A stretch of 64,000 nt of DNA from Patescibacteria group bacterium. GTDB lineage: Bacteria > Patescibacteriota > JAQUNI01. A program made the position numbers and the translations under genes. Positions 8,612-17,718 of the stretch are shown here, piece by piece. The number at the start of each line of letters is the position of its first letter. The first letter of the stretch is position 1. A model generated the notes under the pieces. That model was not told the DNA's origin, searched no databases, and saw only the letters and a program-made list of their open reading frames with translations. The DNA lies in assembly GCA_028717685.1 (NCBI GenBank), contig JAQUNI010000002.1, forward strand, positions 7,903 through 71,902, read 5' to 3'.

Positions 8612-11600
8612 ATGCTTTTTAAAAAGGCTCCTCCCAAGCCCAATTTTCCAGAGATGGAAAGAAAAATCTTGGAATATTGGGAGAAAAATAAAATTTTTGA
8701 AAAAAGTTTAAAGAAACCCTTATCCAAAGGTGATTTTGTGTTTTATGAAGGACCGCCAACAGCGAATGGTAAACCCGGCGTGCATCACGTTGAAGCGCGG
8801 GCGTTTAAAGATTTATTTCCTCGTTATAAGACTATGCAAGGTTACAGGGTGGAACGCAAAGCGGGCTGGGATACGCACGGCCTGCCTGTGGAATTGGAGG
8901 TGGAGAAGAGTTTAGGTTTTTCGGGAAAACGCGACATTGAAAAATATGGCATAGAAAAATTCAACAAAAAATGCGCGGCGTCAGTTTGGAAATATAAAGA
9001 AGAGTGGGAAAAATTAACCAAGCGAATGGGATATTGGGTTGATTTGGAACATCCTTATATTACTTGCTCTAATGAATACATTGAGTCGGTTTGGTTTATT
9101 TTGAAGAAGATTTGGGAGAAAGGGCTTTTGTATCAAGGTCACAAAGTCGTGCCTTATTGCCCAAGATGCGGAACAGCCTTGTCTTCGCACGAAGTAGCGC
9201 AGGGGTATAAAAAGGTAAAGGAGGCAAGTGTGTATGTTAAATTAAAAGTTAAAAGTCAAAAGTTAAAAGTCAAAAGTAAAAATCAAAATTCAGAAATAGG
9301 AGAAACCCCCCTAACCCCCCTTGTCAGGGGGGAAGGCAAGAATGTCTATTTTTTAGCGTGGACGACGACGCCGTGGACATTGCCGGGGAATGTGGCGCTG
9401 GCGCTGGGAGCGGAGATTGGTTATGTTTTAGTGAAGTCTGGAATTAAATTAAAAATTAAAAATGAAAAATTAAAAACCACAATCAAAAATGAAAAAATTA
9501 AAGTTGCTTCGCAACTTTTGAAGGAAAAAGAGGGATATTTAGTTTTAGCTAAAAAGAGGTTGGAAGTTTTGGATGGGGAATATGAGATTATTCAAGAATT
9601 CAAAGGCAAGGATTTAGCAGGGATTGAATATGAGCCCTTGTATCCGGTTTTTTCGGGAGTGGAAAATAGAAACGAAGAAACCCCCCCAACCCCCCTTGTC
9701 AGGGGGGCGAAGAAAGAAGAAAAAGAAAAAGCTTACCATACAGTTTTAGCCGATTTTGTGACTACGGAAGAGGGGACGGGGATTGTGCATACAGCGGTGA
9801 TGTATGGCGAGGATGATTACGCGTTAGGGGAAAAATTGGGTTTGCCGATGATGCATACGGTGGATTTGCAGGGGAGATTTAAACTCAAATCTCAAAACTC
9901 AAATCTCAAAACTACAACTCAAATTTCAAAATTTAAAGTTGCTTCGCAACTTTTAGATAAAATAGAAGGAAAATTTGTTAAGGACGCGGAGAAGGATATT
10001 GTTGAGGATTTGCGAAAAAGGGATTTGCTTTATAAATCTGAATTATACGAGCATGATTATCCCTTTTGCTGGCGGTGCAAAACACCTTTGCTTTACTACG
10101 CGAAAAAAAGCTGGTTTATCGCGATGAGTAAGCTGCGTGATAAATTAGTGGAAAATAATGAGAAGATAAACTGGATTCCGAAATATTTAAAAACTGGCCG
10201 TTTTGGCAAGTGGATTGCCGAGGCAAAGGAGTGGGCAGTATCGAGGGAGAGGTACTGGGGCACTCCGATGCCGATATGGATTTGCAAAAAATGCGGAGAG
10301 GTGAAGGTGATTGGGAGTAGGGAAGAATTTTATTCCGTCATTGCGAGCGGAGCGAAGCAATCGCCAGCAAGCAAAACCGAAGCTAGAAATGTCGGAACAT
10401 TGTCTTTACTAAATGGAGATTGCCGCGGTCGTCCCTCGACAGGCTCGGGATTCCCTCGCAATGACGACATTCTAATGGATTTACATCGTCCATATATTGA
10501 TGAGATTGTTCTTAAATGTAAGTGTGGTGGAGAAATGCGGCGGGTGCCGGAAGTTTTGGATTGCTGGTTTGATTCGGGGGCGATGCCATTCAGCCAAAAC
10601 CATTGGCCGTTTACTGACAGTTCCTCCCCTCTAAAGGGGAGGGCAGGAGAGGTTGTGAAGGGAGAGCCGAAACCCCCCCTAATCCCCCTTGTCAGGGGGG
10701 AGGGAAATCCTCCGAAATTATTTCCTGCCGATTTTATTTGTGAAGCCGTGGATCAAACAAGGGGCTGGTTTTACACGCTCCTCGCGATTTCCACACTTTT
10801 GGATTTTGGAGCGCCCTATAAAAATGTAATTTCCTTAGGCCACGTTTTGGATAAAAATGGCCAAAAAATGAGCAAATCTAGGGGAAATATTGTAGAGCCT
10901 TTCAAGGCTTTGGACGAATTTTCCGCTGATTCTATCCGCTGGTTTTTTTACACCGTAAATCGGCCGCAGGAATCTAAGAATTTTGACCCCGCGATCTTGC
11001 GCGACATTGTCTCGCGGTTTATTTTGACTTTATGGAATAGTTATTCTTTCTTTTTAACCTATGCGAGTATTGATCAACCCAAGCTTTCTAATGTCTTTGC
11101 GAGCGGAGCCCAAAAAGGCGGAGCGAAGCAATCTCTTCGCAATGACATTGCTGGAAACATTCTTGATCAATGGATTCTTTCTCGTTTAGCTGAATTGAAC
11201 AATAATATTGTTCAGTATCTCGATCGTTATGATGTCTTAAAAGCCGCGAAAGAAATTGAACAATTTGTTGATGATTTATCAAACTGGTATATCAGGCGGT
11301 CGCGCCGTAGATTTTGGAAAAGTGAAAATGATCAAGATAAAAACCAAGGATACAATACATTGCATTCTGTTTTAGTCTTACTATGCGAAATGTTGGCGCC
11401 TTTTATGCCTTTCCTAACGGAAAATATTTATCGTAATTTAACGGGCAAGGAGTCGGTCCATTTAGCCAAATTTCCCAAGATTTCATCCGAAGGAACTGAC
11501 CAAGGTATTTTGGAGCAGATGGATATTACGCGTAAGATTGTAACTTTAGGGCTGAATTTACGGGCGCAAGCAAAGATAAAGGTTCGGCAGCCGTTAGATA

Positions 11601-12064
11601 AGTTAAAAGTTAAAAGTGAAAAGTTAAAAGTTATAACTCAAAACTCAAAACTTTTAAATTTAATGAGAGAAGAATTGAATATTAAAGAGATAAAGGTTGT
11701 ATCGGAAATCAAGGAAGCGGGTGATTTGCTCGTGGCTGAAGATGGGGATTTGAAAGTGGCTTTGAATATAAAGATTACCCCAGAATTGAAGCGGGAAGGT
11801 ATTGTCCGCGATTTAGTGCGGGTGGTTCAAGAAATGAGAAAGAAAGCGGGTTTAGAGGTTTCGGATCGGATTGAGCTTTCCTTATACAGTGAAGATGGAG
11901 AGATTCAAAAAGCAATTCAAGAATGGCAGGATTATATTCAAAAAGAAACTTTGGCAGAAAGGTTAGGAGAGATTTGGGGTGGGATAGATGAGGTAGAGAA
12001 AGTGAAAATAGAAGGCAAAGAGGTGCAGATTAGTATAAGAAATTGTTCTAATTGTTCTAATTAA
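8612..12064 (+). CDS. ileS: Isoleucine--tRNA ligase (IleRS2 type) with multiple in-frame repeat-derived insertions
   Basis: FYEGPPTANG, GWDTHGLPVE, WTTTPWTLP, SRERYWGTP, DQTRGWFY and KMSKS motifs; the HIGH position reads GVHH. Confidence 0.97.
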   Translation: MLFKKAPPKPNFPEMERKILEYWEKNKIFEKSLKKPLSKGDFVFYEGPPTANGKPGVHHVEARAFKDLFPRYKTMQGYRVERKAGWDTHGLPVELEVEKSLGFSGKRDIEKYGIEKFNKKCAASVWKYKEEWEKLTKRMGYWVDLEHPYITCSNEYIESVWFILKKIWEKGLLYQGHKVVPYCPRCGTALSSHEVAQGYKKVKEASVYVKLKVKSQKLKVKSKNQNSEIGETPLTPLVRGEGKNVYFLAWTTTPWTLPGNVALALGAEIGYVLVKSGIKLKIKNEKLKTTIKNEKIKVASQLLKEKEGYLVLAKKRLEVLDGEYEIIQEFKGKDLAGIEYEPLYPVFSGVENRNEETPPTPLVRGAKKEEKEKAYHTVLADFVTTEEGTGIVHTAVMYGEDDYALGEKLGLPMMHTVDLQGRFKLKSQNSNLKTTTQISKFKVASQLLDKIEGKFVKDAEKDIVEDLRKRDLLYKSELYEHDYPFCWRCKTPLLYYAKKSWFIAMSKLRDKLVENNEKINWIPKYLKTGRFGKWIAEAKEWAVSRERYWGTPMPIWICKKCGEVKVIGSREEFYSVIASGAKQSPASKTEARNVGTLSLLNGDCRGRPSTGSGFPRNDDILMDLHRPYIDEIVLKCKCGGEMRRVPEVLDCWFDSGAMPFSQNHWPFTDSSSPLKGRAGEVVKGEPKPPLIPLVRGEGNPPKLFPADFICEAVDQTRGWFYTLLAISTLLDFGAPYKNVISLGHVLDKNGQKMSKSRGNIVEPFKALDEFSADSIRWFFYTVNRPQESKNFDPAILRDIVSRFILTLWNSYSFFLTYASIDQPKLSNVFASGAQKGGAKQSLRNDIAGNILDQWILSRLAELNNNIVQYLDRYDVLKAAKEIEQFVDDLSNWYIRRSRRRFWKSENDQDKNQGYNTLHSVLVLLCEMLAPFMPFLTENIYRNLTGKESVHLAKFPKISSEGTDQGILEQMDITRKIVTLGLNLRAQAKIKVRQPLDKLKVKSEKLKVITQNSKLLNLMREELNIKEIKVVSEIKEAGDLLVAEDGDLKVALNIKITPELKREGIVRDLVRVVQEMRKKAGLEVSDRIELSLYSEDGEIQKAIQEWQDYIQKETLAERLGEIWGGIDEVEKVKIEGKEVQISIRNCSNCSN
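9302..10700. repeat. Three copies of gaaacccccc-(t/c)aa-(c/t)cccccttgtcagggggg (9302-9332, 9677-9707, 10669-10700) inside ileS
   Basis: They encode TPLTPLVRG, TPPTPLVRG and PPLIPLVRG; the C and G runs can form a hairpin. Confidence 0.9.
10337..10465. repeat. 129-bp palindromic element (gtcattgcgag...ctcgcaatgac) inserted in frame in ileS; related copies at 11093-11146 and about 23000-23140
   Basis: Perfect 11-bp terminal inverted repeat plus an internal gcaatc/gattgc pair; length is 43 codons. Confidence 0.85.
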
Positions 12065-12217
12065 GCTAATTGATCTAAATAAATCCCAATGCCTAAATCC
12101 CAATAAACAAAATCAATCATTAAATTTGATCATTGGGTAGTTCAAGATTTGGTCATTATTTAGAATAACCTGCCTACCGGCAGGCGGGTTAGAGTAATTA
12201 GAATAATTAGAACAATT
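12041..12217. repeat. Empty inverted-repeat element with 9-nt units (TTCTAATTG/A) and a nested GC palindrome at 12169-12188
   Basis: aattgttctaattgttctaatt... versus ...aattagaataattagaacaatt. The left arm overlaps the ileS stop codon. Confidence 0.75.
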
Positions 12218-12222
12218 CTCTA

Positions 12223-13020
12223 ATGTTTTATTCTTCCAAAACCAGAGGTATCATTATTAAACGCATAAAATATGGTGAAGCAGACCGTGTTTTGACGGTT
12301 TTTACTGAAGATTTAGGCAAAATTCAGGTGTTGGCGCGGGGAATTCGCCGCGGAAAAAGCAAGTTGGCAGGGATTTTAGAGCTTTTTAACTTGGTGCAGT
12401 TAGAGCTCGTCCGCGGCAGAAATTTAGATGTGGTGATTGGAGCGCATGCTTTAAATAATTTTTTAGGTTTAAAAACTGACTTCAAGAAAGTATCCTTTGC
12501 CCATTTTTCAGCCGAATTTATTGATAAGTTTACGGAAGAAAGAGGGACGGATAGGAGGCTTTACGCTCTTTTTCGTGATTTATTTTTAAATCTGGATAAA
12601 TTCGCGGGTAAAAAGGATTATTTATGGGCTTTGATTTTAGATGAATGGCGGATGTTGGAATATTTGGGGGTAATGCCGCGGCTTTATCATTGCGCGGGGT
12701 GCGGCTTATCTCTTTCGGATGCGAAAATTTTGTCTTTAGGCGAGGGGGGATTGTATTGCGCAAATTGCGCGTCGCGAGCAGGGCTTTCCGATCCTGTTCG
12801 CGAGGAAGTCGTGGAGATTTTATTGTCTTGCGGGGGGCGATATGTGCGCCAACCCGCAGGAATCGGGCGGACACGCTGGTCCGCTCCTACGGGAGATTTG
12901 GAGCAAGCAGGTTTAGTGTTGGCGTATTTTTTAAGCGCGAGTTTAGCCCCGCGAATAAAATCATGGCATTTTTTGAAAAAATATCAAGATTATGGGAAGA
13001 CCCGAACGCCGGTCCATTAG
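12223..13020 (+). CDS. recO: DNA repair protein RecO
   Basis: GIIIKRIKYGEADRVLTVFTEDLGKIQVLARGIRR N-terminus and CxxC...CxxC zinc finger. A REP-like insert (GRTRWSAPT) lies near the C-terminus. Confidence 0.93.
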   Translation: MFYSSKTRGIIIKRIKYGEADRVLTVFTEDLGKIQVLARGIRRGKSKLAGILELFNLVQLELVRGRNLDVVIGAHALNNFLGLKTDFKKVSFAHFSAEFIDKFTEERGTDRRLYALFRDLFLNLDKFAGKKDYLWALILDEWRMLEYLGVMPRLYHCAGCGLSLSDAKILSLGEGGLYCANCASRAGLSDPVREEVVEILLSCGGRYVRQPAGIGRTRWSAPTGDLEQAGLVLAYFLSASLAPRIKSWHFLKKYQDYGKTRTPVH

Positions 13021-13185
13021 ATTGCCGGGGTATGATTATTCTGAAAGAACGGGGTCTAATCCATGGTATAATTGTGATTTTTATAATGCAGGGGTTTGAT
13101 TTATCAAACCCGAGAGCGCGATAAATCGCGCTCCTTTACTGGCACAATTTTAATGATTAATCTTGCTTACGTCTCCCAATTGAAA

Positions 13186-14994
13186 ATGCCGAAGCAAAAG
13201 ATTTCCAAAAAAAGATTTTGGTTATTTTTGACTGCTTTTATTCTTGTTTTAGGGGCGGGTTGCGTGGCAGGTTATTTTCTGCTTTTGAAGCATAAAGCTA
13301 GTTTCACGGGTCAAGCCGTAAAGCTTGATATTATTGCTCCTCGCGAAGTGATTTCGGGGTCTACCTATGATTATTTGGTAGAATATGCCAATGAAGAGGG
13401 GGAGAACCTAGAAAACGCAAAGCTTACGATATATTTTCCTGCAGGTTTTAATTTTGTGGATGCTCTTCCCTCACCCGAGGAGCGGGAAGAATTGCAGGAG
13501 GCAAATGTGGTTAAAAAGGTTCAAGGCGAATCACGAGCGTTGACTTGGAATTTAGGCTCAATCGCGAAAGGAAACAAGGCCGCGGTGAAACTCAAAGGGG
13601 CGATTTTGGGCGAAGTAGGGGCAAAACGGGCATTGAAGGCGATTATTTCTTACCAACCCGAGAATTTTAACTCCCGTTTTTCCAAGGAGAAGGAGATAGA
13701 AGTTGAAATTAAGCAATCTTTAGTGGATTTTTCTATGGAAGTGCCCTCTCGCGTGGGGAAGGGCAAAGAGTTTAATATATCGGTGAAATACCGGAATGCG
13801 ACGGCTGAAAATTTGGAAAATTTAAGGATTATTGTGAATTATCCTATTGGTTTTAATTTTACTGCCAGTCAGCCACGGTCTGATCACGAGAATAATATTT
13901 GGGATTTGCGCGTTCTGGAGCCTGGAGAACGCGGTCGGATTGACATTCAGGGCAAGATTCCCGAGGTTTCCCCTCAAGGCTTGGTTTTTCGCGCGAATTT
14001 GGGAATTTTAGACCAATATCAACAGTTTTTCAGCCAAACTTCAGAAGAGCGTCCGGTCATAGTTTTAGACCCTCGCTTAGAGATTACTGCCACCGTGAAT
14101 AAAGAGGAAAAAGCTACTTTGCGTCCGGGTGAAGAGCTGGAATTCATCGTTACTTATTATAATGTTGGCGAAGTTAGCCTAGAGGGGACGAGCATTACTT
14201 ACAAAATGAATACGGATTTACTGGATCCAGACTCCATTGCCGTAGAAAATGGCCGCAGGGACGCGGGAGGGAATTTTGTCTGGGACGACCAGACTGAATC
14301 CACCTTAAAGAGGATAGCCCCTGGTGGGAAGGGTAAAGTGAAATTCACGGCGCGCCTTTTGCAAGTTTTCCCTTACAGTAGTTTAGATAAACGCAATTTG
14401 AAGCTTACAGGCAAAGCGTCCTTCGTAAGTAATAAGGTAGGCGATTTGGAAGGTTTTAATTTTAATGTTGAGAGCAATGATCTGGAGGCGAAAATCAATA
14501 CGGAATTTTCTTTAGCGGAAGAAGCGCGTTATTATACTTTGGAATATGAGAAAGCGGGATCCGGACCCCTGCCGCCTAAAGTCGGCGAATCCACTACTTA
14601 TCGTGTTTATTGGACAGTTTCCAATACCACTAATGACGCGGAGAATATCCGTTTGCAAACCACTCTGCCTGAAGGCGTGGGTTTTGGCGAAGACTCTTTT
14701 ACTTCTTTGGGCAATAATATTAAATATAATTCCGAAACCCGTGAGGTCTTGTGGGACTTGGGGAGACTTCAAGCCTATGCGGGCAGCGTTTTATCGGGAG
14801 CGCAAGCTTGGTTTGAAGTCGTTATAACCCCTAATGCTGCTCAAGTAGGGCAAATTTTACCTTTAACAGGGGAAACAAATATTTCAGGCAGGGATTTATT
14901 TACGGAGGAAGAAATCTACGGCTCCTATCCGGCTTTGGACACGGATTTAAAAAATGACCTGGGAGCGATAGGCAAGGGGAAGGTGGAAAAGTAA
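13186..14994 (+). CDS. Single-pass membrane protein with repeated Ig-like (DUF11-like) beta domains
   Basis: One N-terminal TM helix then repeated 'Y.V.Y.N...L.N..L...P.GF.F' and 'WDLG.L' motifs. Start placed at ATG 13186; the ORF track starts at 13096. Confidence 0.7.
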   Translation: MPKQKISKKRFWLFLTAFILVLGAGCVAGYFLLLKHKASFTGQAVKLDIIAPREVISGSTYDYLVEYANEEGENLENAKLTIYFPAGFNFVDALPSPEEREELQEANVVKKVQGESRALTWNLGSIAKGNKAAVKLKGAILGEVGAKRALKAIISYQPENFNSRFSKEKEIEVEIKQSLVDFSMEVPSRVGKGKEFNISVKYRNATAENLENLRIIVNYPIGFNFTASQPRSDHENNIWDLRVLEPGERGRIDIQGKIPEVSPQGLVFRANLGILDQYQQFFSQTSEERPVIVLDPRLEITATVNKEEKATLRPGEELEFIVTYYNVGEVSLEGTSITYKMNTDLLDPDSIAVENGRRDAGGNFVWDDQTESTLKRIAPGGKGKVKFTARLLQVFPYSSLDKRNLKLTGKASFVSNKVGDLEGFNFNVESNDLEAKINTEFSLAEEARYYTLEYEKAGSGPLPPKVGESTTYRVYWTVSNTTNDAENIRLQTTLPEGVGFGEDSFTSLGNNIKYNSETREVLWDLGRLQAYAGSVLSGAQAWFEVVITPNAAQVGQILPLTGETNISGRDLFTEEEIYGSYPALDTDLKNDLGAIGKGKVEK

Positions 14995-15093
14995 ATAAAA
15001 ATGAAAAATGAAAAACTAAAAATGAATAAGAGACAAGAAATACAAAATAAAAAATTTACTTTCTAAGTTTTTTGTGTTACGATAATAAAAAAT

Positions 15094-16365
15094 ATGGATA
15101 AAATAGATAAAATTGTCTCGTTAGCTAAGAGAAGGGGATTTATTTTTCAGTCTTCAGAAATTTATGGCGGCTTGGCAAATACTTGGGACTATGGTCCCTT
15201 AGGCGTTGAATTAGCCAATAATATCAAGCGGTTTTGGTGGAAACGGTTTGTTCAGGACCGAGAGGATGTTGTCGGCATTAGTTCGGCGATTTTAATGAAC
15301 CCGAAGGTTTGGCAGGTATCAGGCCATTTGAAAAATTTTACCGACCCATTGGTTGAGTGCAAGAAATGCCATCAGAGGTTTAGGGAAGACCAGATACCAT
15401 CAGATTCTCAAGCTGATAAATTTTGGGAATGTTCCAAGGGGGGAAAACATGAATTTGCCGAGGCGAGAAAGTTTAATTTAATGTTTAAAACCTTCGTGGG
15501 TCCGGTGGAGGACGCTAATTCCACGGTTTATCTTCGGCCTGAAACCGCCCAGGGAACGTTTGTTAATTTTGAGAATGTGCAAATAACGACGCGATTAAAA
15601 CTGCCTTTTGGCATTGCCCAGATAGGCAAAGCCTTCAGAAACGAGATAACTCCGGGCAATTTTATTTTTAGGGTTTTGGAATTTGAACAGATGGAAATAG
15701 AATATTTTATCAGGGAAGAGGACTGGCGAAAATATTTTGATTATTGGCAAGAGCAGATGCAACATTGGGTTTTGGACATCGGCATTAAAAAAGAAAATTT
15801 CGCGGTCCGAGAGCATGAAAAAAGCGAGTTGTCGCACTATTCCAAAAAAACCATTGATTTTGAATACAAATATCCTTTTGGCCAAAAAGAGCTTTATGGC
15901 TTGGCTTACCGCACCGATTTTGACTTGAGGGCACATAAATTATCTTACGAAGATATGATACCGCATGTTATTGAACCGAGTTTCGGTCTTGAAAGGACGA
16001 TTTTGGCTATTTTGTGCGACGGTTATCATGAAGATGAAGGCCGTATCGTTTTGCGATTAACCCCGGCGCTTGCGCCCTATAAAGCCGCGGTTTTCCCGCT
16101 TCTAGCAAACAAACCTGAGTTAGTTCAAAAGGCGAGAGAGATTTTCACGTTGCTTCAAGAGGAGTTTTCGACCGCTTGGGATTCGCGAGGCAACATTGGC
16201 AAGCGTTATTATTCGCAGGATGAAATTGGCACGCCTTTTTGCGTAACCATTGATTTTGAGACTTTGAAGGACAAAGCGATTACTGTGCGGGAGAGAGATA
16301 GTATGAAACAGGAGAGAGTGAAGATTAAAGAGTTAGAGGATTATATTCAAGATAAGATTAAGTGA
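15094..16365 (+). CDS. glyQS: Glycine--tRNA ligase (alpha2 homodimeric type)
   Basis: KRRGFIFQSSEIYGG, YLRPETAQG, FRNEITP, HVIEPSFG and anticodon-binding GKRY..QDEIGTP motifs. Confidence 0.96.
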   Translation: MDKIDKIVSLAKRRGFIFQSSEIYGGLANTWDYGPLGVELANNIKRFWWKRFVQDREDVVGISSAILMNPKVWQVSGHLKNFTDPLVECKKCHQRFREDQIPSDSQADKFWECSKGGKHEFAEARKFNLMFKTFVGPVEDANSTVYLRPETAQGTFVNFENVQITTRLKLPFGIAQIGKAFRNEITPGNFIFRVLEFEQMEIEYFIREEDWRKYFDYWQEQMQHWVLDIGIKKENFAVREHEKSELSHYSKKTIDFEYKYPFGQKELYGLAYRTDFDLRAHKLSYEDMIPHVIEPSFGLERTILAILCDGYHEDEGRIVLRLTPALAPYKAAVFPLLANKPELVQKAREIFTLLQEEFSTAWDSRGNIGKRYYSQDEIGTPFCVTIDFETLKDKAITVRERDSMKQERVKIKELEDYIQDKIK

Positions 16366-16392
16366 TAAAATTATTTTTCAGAATGGTAAAGA

Positions 16393-16559
16393 TTAAAAAT
16401 GAAAAGTGAAAAATGAAAAACCATAATCTAAAATTAAAAAATTTTAAAGAATACTTTTTTTATCAATTTTTACTGCTTTTAGATGGTAAGAACCTGGGGT
16501 TTAAATTCTTTTTAGATTTTTCATTGTGATTTTTCATTTTTCACTTTCAGTTTTTCATT
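16393..16559. repeat. Empty heptamer inverted-repeat element closely matching the arms of cassette 1
   Basis: Left aatgaaaagtgaaaaatgaaaaaccataatctaaaattaaaaa; right tttttagatttttcattgtgatttttcatttttcactttcagtttttcatt; about 65-nt spacer with no ORF. Confidence 0.85.
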
Positions 16560-16625
16560 AAATTTTTTTAAATCTTCAACCATTAATCATAAATCATTTA
16601 TTCTCTAGAATAATAAGTTTAATTT

Positions 16626-17564
16626 ATGACTATTAATCAAATTTACGCTCTTGCCCTAAAAATGGGCATAGAAGCGGACCCGAGACCCGCGACAAGAATT
16701 AGTAAGATTTTAGGGAGGGAGAAGGAAAAATATCAAAGTTTAAAAGGAGTAAAGCGTGAAGTTTTTGATCGGGAGAGAATTAAAAATCCTTACGCGGACA
16801 CGCGAATCCTTTTCGGTAATGGCGATAAAGTAGTTCGCAAAGTAATGACTGGTGTTGATATCGGTTCGGGAGAAGTGTTGCTCGCGCAGAAAATGGGGGT
16901 AGATTTAATGATTGCCCATCATCCTTTGGGAATCGCTTTGGCTGGCTTGGATAATGTAATGGAATTACAAGCGGATTTGTTAGCCTCCTATGGGATTCCA
17001 ATTAATATTGCGGAAAGCCTTTTGGAAGTTAGAATGAGCGAAGTAGCGCGCGGAATAGCGGCTGTAAATCATCAGAGAATTGTTGATTTAGCAAGACTGG
17101 CGAAATTACCTTTGATGTGCGTGCATACTCCTTGTGATAATATGGTTTATCAGCAGGTGAATAAGAAAATTGTTCAGAAGGGAAAAACTTTGGATGTGGT
17201 GGGAGATATTATGGATCTCCTATACACCTTTCCTGAATATAAGGAAGCAGCTAAATTGGGAGCGGGACCAGTGCTTTTTGCAGGTAAAAGAGCAAGGAGG
17301 GCGGGTAAGATTGCCTTAACTGAACTCACAGGCGGCACGGAAGGGAATAAAGAGATGTATAAATTTATGGCAAATGCCGGCATTGGCACGATTATTGGGA
17401 TGCATATGTCCGAACCTCACCGCAAAGAAGCTGAAAAATATCATATCAATGTGATTATCGCCGGCCACATTGCCTCGGATTCCATTGGGATGAATGTGTT
17501 TTTGGATGAGCTGGAAAAGAAAGGGATTAAAATCATTCCTTGTTCAGGGTTGATTAGGAAATGA
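16626..17564 (+). CDS. Nif3-like dinuclear metal-centre protein
   Basis: IAHHP, HTPCDN, GMH and AGHIASDSIG motifs. Confidence 0.85.
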   Translation: MTINQIYALALKMGIEADPRPATRISKILGREKEKYQSLKGVKREVFDRERIKNPYADTRILFGNGDKVVRKVMTGVDIGSGEVLLAQKMGVDLMIAHHPLGIALAGLDNVMELQADLLASYGIPINIAESLLEVRMSEVARGIAAVNHQRIVDLARLAKLPLMCVHTPCDNMVYQQVNKKIVQKGKTLDVVGDIMDLLYTFPEYKEAAKLGAGPVLFAGKRARRAGKIALTELTGGTEGNKEMYKFMANAGIGTIIGMHMSEPHRKEAEKYHINVIIAGHIASDSIGMNVFLDELEKKGIKIIPCSGLIRK

Positions 17565-17565
17565 A

Positions 17566-17712
17566 ATTAAAATTATTCTAATTAACCTAATTATTCTAAG
17601 AAATGACCAATGTCTAAGTACCAATGAATAAATGAATAACAGAATTGGCTAATTAGGATTTGTTTATTCCTGATTTATTTAGGTCAATTAGAATAATTAG
17701 AGCAATTAGAAA
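17566..17712. repeat. Empty 9-mer inverted-repeat element, same family as 12041-12217
   Basis: aattattctaattaacctaattattctaa ... ttaggtcaattagaataattagagcaattag. Confidence 0.75.
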
Positions 17713-17718
17713 TTTAAA

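Noticed and set aside
12530-13124. Overlapping ORFs 12530-12874 (-) and 12645-13124 (+)
   Set aside because: Alternative-frame shadows of recO without motifs.
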